Both the position numbers and the translations under genes were made by a program. The notes beneath the pieces were generated by a model. That model made no database searches. It was not told the DNA's origin and saw nothing but the letters and a program-made list of their open reading frames with translations. Positions 37,647 through 46,088 of a DNA stretch of 64,000 nt are shown piece by piece (position 1 is the stretch's first letter; each line of letters opens with the position of its first letter). The stretch is from Pseudomonadota bacterium (GTDB lineage Bacteria > Pseudomonadota > Alphaproteobacteria > Micavibrionales > Micavibrionaceae), in the NCBI GenBank assembly GCA_963204825.1, contig CAUJHN010000153.1:8163-72162 (forward strand), read 5' to 3'.

Positions 37647-38983
37647 GTTCAAAAAAATACTCCCTCAAGAAACGCATTCTTCTTTGGATCAGCATACCCG
37701 TGCTGATTTCTTCTATTTTGATTTTGCTTCTGGCTTTTCTTTTTTCCTGGCACGAAATTGAAGAAGTTTATGACGCGCAAATGGTACACACCGCAAAAAC
37801 GCTTTTGCAACTTACTGAGCACGAGATCGAGGAAAATGAAGAAGTGAATATTTCGTTGGGCGCAGAAAACCCCAACTTAAAACACCACTATGAAAACAAG
37901 ACGACGTTCAGGGTATGGAAAGGCGATCGTCTTGTCCTGCAGTCCCACCGCGCAAAGGATTTTGGCGATATCCAAGCCCCGCCCGGTTTTTCCAACCAGA
38001 CAGTCAAAGAAAAGCCCTGGCGCTTCTTTGTTTTCATCGATACCGAAAAAAATATTAAAATAGAGACGGCAGAACGTTACGCTATACGGTACGAATTGAT
38101 CGGCCAATTGATGCTGAGCCTGATTATTCCAATGGCAATTCTTATTCCACTCCTGCTCTTTATTGTCTGGCTAGGCATACGGCAGAGCATCGCGCCGCTT
38201 ACCACATTATCCGCGGCCGTTGATACCCGGGAAATCGACGACCTTGATCCGATACAAAGTTATAAAATACCTCTTGAAATCAGCCCTCTCGTTGAGGCCC
38301 TGAACAGGCTTTTCTTAAGAATTGGCGATAGCTTCAAGAGAGAGCGAGAATTCACCGACCATGCAGCGCATGAGCTGCGAACCCCTCTGGCGGCCATGAA
38401 GACCCAGACCCAGGTGTTGATCAAAAAGGCTTCTTCAATGCCCGACTGTCAGGAAGGCCTGGAAAACCTGAACGCCACGATAGACAGAAGTGCACACCTT
38501 ATAGAACAACTATTATCCCTCGCGCGGCTGCAAAATGAATCTCTGCAGATGGAACCCGTTGATTTGTCTGAATGCATACTGGACGCGCTTGGAGAAATCA
38601 CCCGGGCGGCTAACCTTAAAAATCAAACGCTGCATGTAGATATCAGTCGCAACGTTATTATTTCGGGGCAAAAAAATTCCCTGTTCATGATGATCCGTAA
38701 TCTTTTGGATAACGCCGTGAAATATACGCCCGAAAACGGAAAAATAGACATATCGCTCAATAAAGAAGGGCTGTTCACCATTGCAGACAACGGCCCCGGC
38801 ATCTCCGATAATGATAAAAAGCGTGTGTTCAACAGATTCGTGCGCAGCGATAAAACAGGACAAAATGGCAGCGGACTGGGCCTGTCCATAGTGCAGTGGG
38901 TTGCCGATACGCACAGAGCGAATATCACCTTATCCGATAACGCGCCTCAGGGATTAATAGTCACTGTGAGCTTCAGGCGATGA
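37637..38983 (+). CDS. Sensor histidine kinase (PmrB/QseC-like)
   Basis: Two TM segments flank a periplasmic loop. H-box FTDHAAHELRTPLAAM, N-box LLDNAVKYT, and G-boxes DNGPGI and GSGLGLSIV. The start may be the ATG at 43, which gives an ATGA overlap. Confidence 0.92.
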   Translation: MQMSSKKYSLKKRILLWISIPVLISSILILLLAFLFSWHEIEEVYDAQMVHTAKTLLQLTEHEIEENEEVNISLGAENPNLKHHYENKTTFRVWKGDRLVLQSHRAKDFGDIQAPPGFSNQTVKEKPWRFFVFIDTEKNIKIETAERYAIRYELIGQLMLSLIIPMAILIPLLLFIVWLGIRQSIAPLTTLSAAVDTREIDDLDPIQSYKIPLEISPLVEALNRLFLRIGDSFKREREFTDHAAHELRTPLAAMKTQTQVLIKKASSMPDCQEGLENLNATIDRSAHLIEQLLSLARLQNESLQMEPVDLSECILDALGEITRAANLKNQTLHVDISRNVIISGQKNSLFMMIRNLLDNAVKYTPENGKIDISLNKEGLFTIADNGPGISDNDKKRVFNRFVRSDKTGQNGSGLGLSIVQWVADTHRANITLSDNAPQGLIVTVSFRR

Positions 38984-39354
38984 GATACTTCGCTATTCTC
39001 TCGGCATTTCTGGGACTTGCTTCCGTTATCGTCGGCGCTGCCGGAGATCATATGCTAGCGGGTGGCCTTACACCGCAAACGGCCCACATATATGAAACGG
39101 CTCTGCGATATCATCAGCTATACGCCATCCTGATTATATGCCTTTCCCTTTATGGAAGCCCTACGCGACTTTATAAGGGCGCCCTTTTCGCTTTCACGCT
39201 CGGCCTGTGTTTATTCAGCGGAAGCCTGTATGCCAGCGTTCTGTTCCACTTGCCCGGCCTGACAAGGCTTACCCCGTTCGGCGGCACCGCTTTGATGATG
39301 GGATGGTGTTTATTGATTGCCCATTTAGTAAGGCAAAGGCCTGCAAAGCTATAA
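38980..39354 (+). CDS. DUF423 (YgdD-like) small membrane protein
   Basis: Four TM segments, with GAAGDHML and ALRYHQLYAI motifs typical of DUF423. ATGA overlap with the kinase gene. Confidence 0.7.
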   Translation: MRYFAILSAFLGLASVIVGAAGDHMLAGGLTPQTAHIYETALRYHQLYAILIICLSLYGSPTRLYKGALFAFTLGLCLFSGSLYASVLFHLPGLTRLTPFGGTALMMGWCLLIAHLVRQRPAKL

Positions 39355-39376
39355 AATAGGGAAATATTGGGGTGAA

Positions 39377-39451
39377 TGGTGCCGGCAGAGAGGATTGAAC
39401 TCCCGACCTTCGGTTTACAAAACCGCTGCACTACCGCTGTGCTATGCCGGC
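39377..39451 (-). tRNA. tRNA-Thr (anticodon UGU)
   Basis: The reverse complement GCCGGCATAGCACAGCGGTAGTGCAGCGGTTTTGTAAACCGAAGGTCGGGAGTTCAATCCTCTCTGCCGGCACCA folds as a cloverleaf. It has a GCCGGCA/TGCCGGC acceptor stem, a GCAC/GTGC D stem, anticodon loop UUUGUAA, a short variable loop and an encoded CCA. Confidence 0.9.
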
Positions 39452-39690
39452 CCTAGAACATCTTTATTAACCATAATATTCATTGGTTAACAATAATGTC
39501 ATAAACCACGGCTTCATGGGGACATTCCCCGCCGTGTGAGGGATGTGTAACAAAAAAATGCCCTCCAACCTAGCTTTTTTTTAACCGGCGGCGCCTTACG
39601 TTATTTTTTGTAAAAATCGATGAATTTCTGTTAAATTAGAAGCGGATAACAAATCAAGCGCATTGCTTCTGAAAACAGCAATAGGAAATC

Positions 39691-40896
39691 ATGTCGGATA
39701 AGAAAGCACAAACAGCAGAACTTGCCGTGGGATGGGCCATTCTTGGCGTGGTTTTCGCGGCTCTGTTATGGCTGATCTGGTACTTTAACCGCAATGCAAT
39801 TTTAAATGGCATTCGCTGGCTGCGCCTTGGCGAAATGAAACTGGTATCGCCGCTTATACCGGCAGACTATGTCGTTCCGTGGAACGGCCAGGAAATACCG
39901 TTCCATGAAATGATGAAGATGGCGCAAAGCCTTCCGGCCGATCAGGTTTCGGGTGACTTTGTTGCGGCCTTGTCCACTGCGGCCATGCACCCCTATCTCT
40001 ACGTATTCGCCTTCATTACGGCGATCTTTGCCTTCTGGGCTCTGTTTCGCGGACCCGGCACTGAGCACAGAACGAAATACGACATCAACACGCTGATTAA
40101 AAAACAGGCGAATATCTTCCCCATCATTTCGCCCTTTATCGACTTTAACCCCTCTAACCAGCCGCCACGTGCGCCGGGCGCACCCGTTCCGGCCGAACTT
40201 CCGGACTTCGCCGAAGCGCTGAGCCCCGAAGAATGGATCGTTTACAACGAAATTCCCGTTGTTGATCAGAAAATCGATGAAGAGGCCGCCGCGAAAGCCT
40301 TTTCCAAGCAACTGGGCCCGCGCTGGAGAGGCGCGAAAAATCTGGCGCCTTATAAACAGGTTATGCTCGCCGCCTTTTGTTTGAAAGCTTCCCGCCGGCG
40401 TAACGATGCGGACGCGTTACTGGGTCGCCTTGCCCTTTGCTGGTCCCATAAAGGCGGCCTGAACTTCAATAAAGATAAAAAGCTTTTACGGGAAGCAAGA
40501 TCCATTCTTTCAACGGAGAAGCTGGCGGCCGCAACCTTAAAAAAATGTAACGAACATGCCTGGGAAACGACCGCCCTTATGCGCGCCCTCTCGTACGCAC
40601 GGGAAGAAGGCGGCGTGTTGGCGCCTGCGCAGTTCGTGTGGACACGGGCGTATGACCGCCTCCTGTGGTACCCGCTGAACAACCTGGGGCGTCAATCCCT
40701 GCATTTGGAAGCTATCGGCGCTATGGCCCACTACAAGGCCGAAAAGCTGGCACAGCGCCCTATCCCGCGTCCCAAGGTGCAGGATGCTGTAAAATCCTTG
40801 AATGAGTATATGGCGTCGACTAGCGCCCGCACATTGCCGCAGATAGACTACAGCGGCTCTAAAAAACGCGGCGTAAAGAAATTGAAAACGGCATAA
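39691..40896 (+). CDS. DotM/IcmP-like (TrbA-like) type IVB coupling-complex membrane subunit
   Basis: The N-terminus LAVGWAILGVVFAALLWLIWYFNRNAILNGIRWLRLGEMK plus a second TM segment, then a basic cytoplasmic domain. It sits directly upstream of a DotL-like gene, as icmP does for icmO. Family assignment is by recollection only. Confidence 0.55.
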   Translation: MSDKKAQTAELAVGWAILGVVFAALLWLIWYFNRNAILNGIRWLRLGEMKLVSPLIPADYVVPWNGQEIPFHEMMKMAQSLPADQVSGDFVAALSTAAMHPYLYVFAFITAIFAFWALFRGPGTEHRTKYDINTLIKKQANIFPIISPFIDFNPSNQPPRAPGAPVPAELPDFAEALSPEEWIVYNEIPVVDQKIDEEAAAKAFSKQLGPRWRGAKNLAPYKQVMLAAFCLKASRRRNDADALLGRLALCWSHKGGLNFNKDKKLLREARSILSTEKLAAATLKKCNEHAWETTALMRALSYAREEGGVLAPAQFVWTRAYDRLLWYPLNNLGRQSLHLEAIGAMAHYKAEKLAQRPIPRPKVQDAVKSLNEYMASTSARTLPQIDYSGSKKRGVKKLKTA

Positions 40897-40902
40897 GCAG
40901 GT

Positions 40903-41472
40903 ATGGCAAGCGCGATGAAACAACTCTGGAACAAAGATTCAAACGATTACCAGTCTTCGGCAAAAGTTGTAGATGGCAATCTCATCCTTTCCCTGCCCGA
41001 TGCAATCAATCCGGTTGTATGGCGCATGGAGCTTGGAAGCGTCAAGGCCTCCGCCCTGGAAGTACGGGGGGCCGAAGACGGCACCTTCTTACTGATTTTA
41101 AAAACGCCAAAAGGCGAAGTGCATGAAATCGCGCCTTTTGCGGCGCGTGATATGGCTGTGCATGCGCTCATGCGCGTTTCCACAGCGCTGCAAAACGCCG
41201 AAGGCAAAATCGCACCCGCAGGCACGCACAATGTTCAGCCTGCCTCAATACCGCAAGAAAAAAGCAGAACATCGCGCAAATGGCTGATTGCCCTCGGCTT
41301 CGTTCTTCTCATTATATTTTTAATGGCATGGGGCGGAAGCAAAGTCCATGTAACGGACCCGAATGGAAACCCTGAAGCCACGCTGCAAACAGAACCTTCC
41401 GACGGGGAGACAGGGGCAGAGGCGCCGAATGGCGTTCCAATGTCCGCCGACGAAATGTTGAAAGGGTTTTAA
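40903..41472 (+). CDS. Hypothetical single-pass membrane protein in the DotM/DotL-like operon
   Basis: 189 aa: a soluble N-domain, a TM segment WLIALGFVLLIIFLMAWGG, and an acidic tail. The gaps are 6 nt upstream and 5 nt downstream. Confidence 0.6.
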   Translation: MASAMKQLWNKDSNDYQSSAKVVDGNLILSLPDAINPVVWRMELGSVKASALEVRGAEDGTFLLILKTPKGEVHEIAPFAARDMAVHALMRVSTALQNAEGKIAPAGTHNVQPASIPQEKSRTSRKWLIALGFVLLIIFLMAWGGSKVHVTDPNGNPEATLQTEPSDGETGAEAPNGVPMSADEMLKGF

Positions 41473-41477
41473 GCGCT

Positions 41478-43799
41478 ATGGCAATTAATGAACGGAAGTA
41501 TGGCTATGATCATATATTCAGGGATTTGCGCCCTGCCTATGTGCGTCTGGGCGACTGGCTAAAAAATCCCAAACATTCTTTTGTCGTCTTTCTTGCGACA
41601 ATGATGCCATTTTACTTTATGCCAGATTCGCGGATGTACGCAGATCTTATCATGCTGTGCAATGTGCTGTTTTTCTGGTGGCTTGTAAAGCGGCCGCGCA
41701 AGCTTCCCTATAAATTGCCCATGGACTCCAAACTGAAAGATCCCAACAACGTGGGCGGAGGGCGCAATGGCAAACCCGAAGGCATCCTGTATCTTGGGAA
41801 TGCGCGCGGAAAAGAAAACAGCAATGAAGAAATCTGGTTTACGAACTCGGACGCCAGAACGCATATCTTATACCTCGGTACGACCGGGGCCGGAAAAACC
41901 GAAGGATTGAAATCCATTGTCACGAACGCCCTGACCTGGGGTTCCGGCTTCGTTTACATCGACGGTAAGGCCGATACGGATTTATGGTCTTCTCTTTCGT
42001 CACTCGTCCGTCGCTTCGGGCGCGATGATGATTTATTCGTCCTGAACTACATGACGGGGAACTCCGATGCGCGCGCGCCGTCGAACACGATGAACCCTTT
42101 CTCTTCCGGTTCGTCTTCGTATCTCACGCAAATGCTTGTCTCCCTGATGCCGAAATCCGAAGGCGACAACGCAATGTGGAAGGAGCGTGCCGTCTCGTTG
42201 GTCGGATCTCTGATGCCGGCTCTGACGTGGAAACGGGACAATCAGGATATGCCGTTATCCGTCGGCACGTTGCGAGATTCCCTAAACCTTGAAAACATCA
42301 TTCGCCTTGCGCGCGACGATGCGCTGCCATCGAAATTCCGTGACAGTATTATCGGCTATCTGAACACGCTTCCAGGCTACGTCGATGCCGCATTCGACGA
42401 CAACGGCAAAGAAAAGCCGATGGGGCCTGACCAGCCTATGATCGATACGACAACAGTGCGACAACAGCACGGTTATCTGACCATGCAGTTCACACGCTCC
42501 CTGCAATCTTTGGGCGATGATTACGGCTACATCTTCGATACGCAAGCCGCGGATATCGACATGGTCGATATTGTCTTGAACCGCCGCATCTTGATCGTTT
42601 TGATTCCGGCGCTTGAAAAATCAGGCGACGAAACGGCAAACCTCGGTAAAATTGTTGCGGCGACAATCAAGGGCATGATGGGTACGGCGCTGGGCGCAAC
42701 GGTGGAAGGCGAAAGCGCGACCGTCATCGAAAACAAGCCGGCCGTTTCCGCAACACCCTTCATGACCATCTTCGACGAGGTCGGATATTACGTTTCCGAA
42801 GGCATGGCGGTTATGGCAGCGCAGGCCAGATCGCTCGGCTTCTCTCTTGTCTTCTCGGCACAGGACTTGCCTGCCCTACAAAAACGCGTAAAAGAAGAAT
42901 CCAAATCGATCACGGGTAACTGTAACATCAAGATCTTCGGCAAATTGTCCGATCCGATGGATACGAAGGATTATTTCGAACGCCAGGTTGGAAAGGCGAC
43001 CGTTGCTCAAACGACGGGCTTCCAGCTGCACGGCAGCGGATCCTCGGGTTCTTTCTACGATAACCAGGGCGCCAACATTACTTTCGCGGAACGCGCAGAC
43101 TACGGCGATTTGAAAAAGCTCCGTGAAGGAGAAGCGATCATGATCTTCGAAGGCACGGTCCTCGACGTTCAGATATTCTACTGCAACCCGGGCCATGCAA
43201 AAGCAATGCGCGTGGGCCGCTTCCTGGCCCTTCCACCGGCAGACGAAAACATCGTCAAACACCGCGCGCAGGTAACCAGACTGCGCGATTTAATGGTCAG
43301 CAAAACATGGACGGCGGCAAAGGCGGATGTTGCCGCATCTTCTCCCCTTGCCATCGAAGCCATGCGCGATGGATTTTCCATCGGCACAAAACACCTCGAA
43401 ACGGCAACAGATCAAGGGATCGCCGCGATCGCCGAACTGCACGCGCGTCAATATCCGGAAGAGGCCGCAAAAGCACTAAGCGGAGAAGAGGCGCCTCCAC
43501 CCCCTGCCTTTACGAAAGCACCGGAACCCCCGACTGCGCCTACGGCACCATCGGCGCCAGCAACCCCAGCCACAGGCCCGCTCGGCTTCTTCAAAAAACC
43601 GGGCGACAATGTATCTTCTCCCGCAGTCACGGCCCCCGTGGTTCAACCTGCCGCCGCAGAACAACCGCAGCCGGTCAAACCTGTATCCTGGAACGAACTG
43701 GTTATAAAACCGGCGCTGGACAAGGACGTTGAAAAAATCCTGGAAGATGCAGGCGCAAGCGCCGCAGCAGCCCTTTTCAAAACGACAACCAAGGAATAA
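41478..43799 (+). CDS. DotL/IcmO-like (TrbC-like) type IV coupling protein ATPase
   Basis: N-terminal TM hairpin, then KLPYKLP...EEIWFTNSDARTHILYLGTTGAGKTEGLKS..NALTWGSGFVYIDGKADTDL..GRDDDLFVLNYMTG, collinear with Legionella DotL as I recall it. Walker B-like TIFDEVGYY. The Pro/Ala-rich C-terminal tail is about 110 aa. Confidence 0.75.
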   Translation: MAINERKYGYDHIFRDLRPAYVRLGDWLKNPKHSFVVFLATMMPFYFMPDSRMYADLIMLCNVLFFWWLVKRPRKLPYKLPMDSKLKDPNNVGGGRNGKPEGILYLGNARGKENSNEEIWFTNSDARTHILYLGTTGAGKTEGLKSIVTNALTWGSGFVYIDGKADTDLWSSLSSLVRRFGRDDDLFVLNYMTGNSDARAPSNTMNPFSSGSSSYLTQMLVSLMPKSEGDNAMWKERAVSLVGSLMPALTWKRDNQDMPLSVGTLRDSLNLENIIRLARDDALPSKFRDSIIGYLNTLPGYVDAAFDDNGKEKPMGPDQPMIDTTTVRQQHGYLTMQFTRSLQSLGDDYGYIFDTQAADIDMVDIVLNRRILIVLIPALEKSGDETANLGKIVAATIKGMMGTALGATVEGESATVIENKPAVSATPFMTIFDEVGYYVSEGMAVMAAQARSLGFSLVFSAQDLPALQKRVKEESKSITGNCNIKIFGKLSDPMDTKDYFERQVGKATVAQTTGFQLHGSGSSGSFYDNQGANITFAERADYGDLKKLREGEAIMIFEGTVLDVQIFYCNPGHAKAMRVGRFLALPPADENIVKHRAQVTRLRDLMVSKTWTAAKADVAASSPLAIEAMRDGFSIGTKHLETATDQGIAAIAELHARQYPEEAAKALSGEEAPPPPAFTKAPEPPTAPTAPSAPATPATGPLGFFKKPGDNVSSPAVTAPVVQPAAAEQPQPVKPVSWNELVIKPALDKDVEKILEDAGASAAAALFKTTTKE

Positions 43800-43803
43800 G
43801 CCC

Positions 43804-44490
43804 ATGCGCCCATCCAGCAGAAGCGGCAACGCGATCATTTTTGTGCTGGTCGGCGTCGCGCTGTTCGGCGCACTGGCTTATACCTTCATGCGCGGCGCAA
43901 AATCCGGATCAGGAAATCTGACAGCACAGCAAGCGAGAATGGCTGCCCAGGAATTGGCAGATTTTTTTTCCACCCTGGATCGCGCCATACAAAAACTACG
44001 GCTTAAAGGGTGTTCTGAAAACGACATCAGTTTTGCCAGCAGCAACGACACTGGCGCTTATGTGACAGATAACGACTCCACAACCGCCCCACCCGACAAA
44101 AGCTGTCATGTTTTTGATCCCAATGGCGGAGGCATGACCTTAGATCTGGATTTGGAAAAATATCAGGTTCCTGTAAACCAGATCAACGCCTCCTTCCAAT
44201 ACCAGTATGGACAGATTCTTTTTAGAAGGTTGTTGAGCTCAGTGGTGGGGATTGGGACATCAAGCAACGATTACATGGTGCATTTCAACTTCATTCAGCC
44301 TGAAATATGCAATGCTTATAACGCCCTTGTTGGCGTCACAGTCGATCTTACTGTCTCCGATACCGGAAACGTCAGCGGCGATACTGTCGCAGCACTGGCA
44401 GGAAAGGGATCCGTATGCTATCCCGCCGGCACCACCAATCAAAACGGCGGCCCCATCCTTAAAATTATATATGTCTGGGGCGCACATTAA
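43804..44490 (+). CDS. Hypothetical exported or membrane-anchored protein with pilin-like N-terminus
   Basis: MRPSSRSG-NAIIFVLVGVALFGALAYTF (short basic leader, Gly, 20-aa hydrophobic helix) and four Cys residues. The start is at Met26 of the ORF (aagga RBS), 4 nt after the DotL-like stop. There is no Glu at +5. Confidence 0.55.
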   Translation: MRPSSRSGNAIIFVLVGVALFGALAYTFMRGAKSGSGNLTAQQARMAAQELADFFSTLDRAIQKLRLKGCSENDISFASSNDTGAYVTDNDSTTAPPDKSCHVFDPNGGGMTLDLDLEKYQVPVNQINASFQYQYGQILFRRLLSSVVGIGTSSNDYMVHFNFIQPEICNAYNALVGVTVDLTVSDTGNVSGDTVAALAGKGSVCYPAGTTNQNGGPILKIIYVWGAH

Positions 44491-44580
44491 GACACGCAGC
44501 GAGGTACACGCTTTAAATGCGTCATAAGGGGACAGGATAACAATCTTGACCTGCTACCGCCTTTCCCCTACTCTTCTTCC

Positions 44581-45273
44581 ATGGCCAGACAAGCACGAAT
44601 CGTTCTACGCGACACTCCCCATCACATAACCCAGCGCGGCAACCGCGGGGAAAATGTGTTCTTCGAAAAATCGGATTACGAAGCCTATATTCAGTTTTTA
44701 TCCGAAGAATGCGCGGATAAGGGCGTCTCCATCTGGGCCTACTGCCTGATGCCCAACCAAATTCAATTGATCGCAGTACCGCAAAAGGAAAACGCATTGG
44801 GCCGCGCGCTCGGCGAAGCGCACCGCCGCTACACACGCCGGATCAACGAACGCAATGCATGGCGCGGGCATCTGTTTCAGGACCGTTTCTTCTCCTATCC
44901 CATGGACGAAACGCATCTTTTGAACGCTGTGCGCTATATTGAAACGATACCTGTATTCTCAGGCATTGCGCCGACGCCCGAAAGCTATCTCTGGAGCAGC
45001 GCACGCGCCCACATGAAAGGCCGTGAAGACAAGCTGCTCTCGCCGGAAAAGCCCCTTCTCCATTTCGTGCCGGACTGGGCCGCGTTCTTGCAGGAATGGC
45101 CGGAAGATCAGGATCCAAAAGCCATCGAACGCCACCTGCAAACGGGCCGTCCGCGTGGGAATGATGTGTTTCTGGACAGCGTGGAAAGCATGGTCGGAAG
45201 AACCGTCCGCCCGCAAAAACCGGGGCGGCGTTCCATCACCTTCACAAAAAATCTATATAAATCTGCTGAATAA
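44581..45273 (+). CDS. IS200/IS605-type Y1 transposase family (COG1943/RAYT-like) protein with a degenerate HUH motif
   Basis: PHHITQRGN, AYCLMPNQIQLIAV (the family normally reads MPNHVHLL), GHLFQDRFFS, and RYIETIPV..YLWSS. No terminal hairpins or second IS gene were seen. Confidence 0.75.
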   Translation: MARQARIVLRDTPHHITQRGNRGENVFFEKSDYEAYIQFLSEECADKGVSIWAYCLMPNQIQLIAVPQKENALGRALGEAHRRYTRRINERNAWRGHLFQDRFFSYPMDETHLLNAVRYIETIPVFSGIAPTPESYLWSSARAHMKGREDKLLSPEKPLLHFVPDWAAFLQEWPEDQDPKAIERHLQTGRPRGNDVFLDSVESMVGRTVRPQKPGRRSITFTKNLYKSAE

Positions 45274-45275
45274 AT

Positions 45276-45941
45276 TTAGGCGGGTGCCGTGGCAGGCCCT
45301 GCGGGCCGTTGGTTGATACGACGCTCATCTTCAGGCACAAATCTTAAGGTATATATTTCCTTGGCCATTCCAACGAAAGCACCTTTTTGCGCCTTCGCTA
45401 GCTCACGAATACGGGCCGTAATGGCTGCAGCATTCACCACCAACCCTTTGGCATCGCATACAATACATTGATTGGTAATATCGCTGGGGTTAATTTTATG
45501 AAACCTGAAATGCACACGTAATATTTCCGCCGCCTGTTCCCTCGCTCGGACGAAATTATCACTCATAGAATCTTCCACGGTCACCGCATCGTTGCCTGAT
45601 GGCCCTACAAAACGATAATACGGTATTACTTTGCCATCGCGCCTAAACGCTGTCGCACGCAAAGTCCACTCGCCAAAATTTACATCGAGTAGATCTTTAT
45701 GCTCTGATTCCAAACCGCGCTTAGGCGCTTCGGCAAGCAGCGCTAAATCGTTCTCAATAGCAGATAGCTCACGATTGAGTTTTGCCTCCTGAATGCTTCT
45801 AATAGCTGTTCCTATTTCTGCAGAATCTACGCCCGTTCTTTGGGCAAGAGCGGCCAATAGCTGTTCATAGCTCAACTCAGAACCGGGAACAGCTTCCTGT
45901 TCACGCGGAAAATTTGCAGTGAGACTTTCGACGCTAGACAT
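45276..45941 (-). CDS. Hypothetical protein
   Basis: 221-aa ORF, convergent with the Y1-transposase-like gene (2-nt gap). Helical N-terminus. No family recognised. Confidence 0.5.
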   Translation of the reverse strand: MSSVESLTANFPREQEAVPGSELSYEQLLAALAQRTGVDSAEIGTAIRSIQEAKLNRELSAIENDLALLAEAPKRGLESEHKDLLDVNFGEWTLRATAFRRDGKVIPYYRFVGPSGNDAVTVEDSMSDNFVRAREQAAEILRVHFRFHKINPSDITNQCIVCDAKGLVVNAAAITARIRELAKAQKGAFVGMAKEIYTLRFVPEDERRINQRPAGPATAPA

Positions 45942-46088
45942 AACATACCCTTAATTATCAATTTTGTTATATTTAACATAATATAAAAGAAAAAGTCAAA
46001 GAAAATCTTAGTGAAATATTAACCTAGATTCCCTGCTGAAATAGGGCAAACTGGTGGAATCTTGGCGGAAAACCCCAGGGAAACGCAT

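Noticed and set aside
39452-46088. Idea that the DotM/DotL-like operon, the Y1 transposase homolog and the unknown gene form a tRNA-Thr-integrated genomic island
   Set aside because: The block lies on the 5' (promoter) side of the tRNA rather than at its 3' end. No integrase is present, I found no direct repeat of the tRNA 3' end near 46 kb, and the composition is not visibly different from the flanks. It cannot be excluded without genome comparison.
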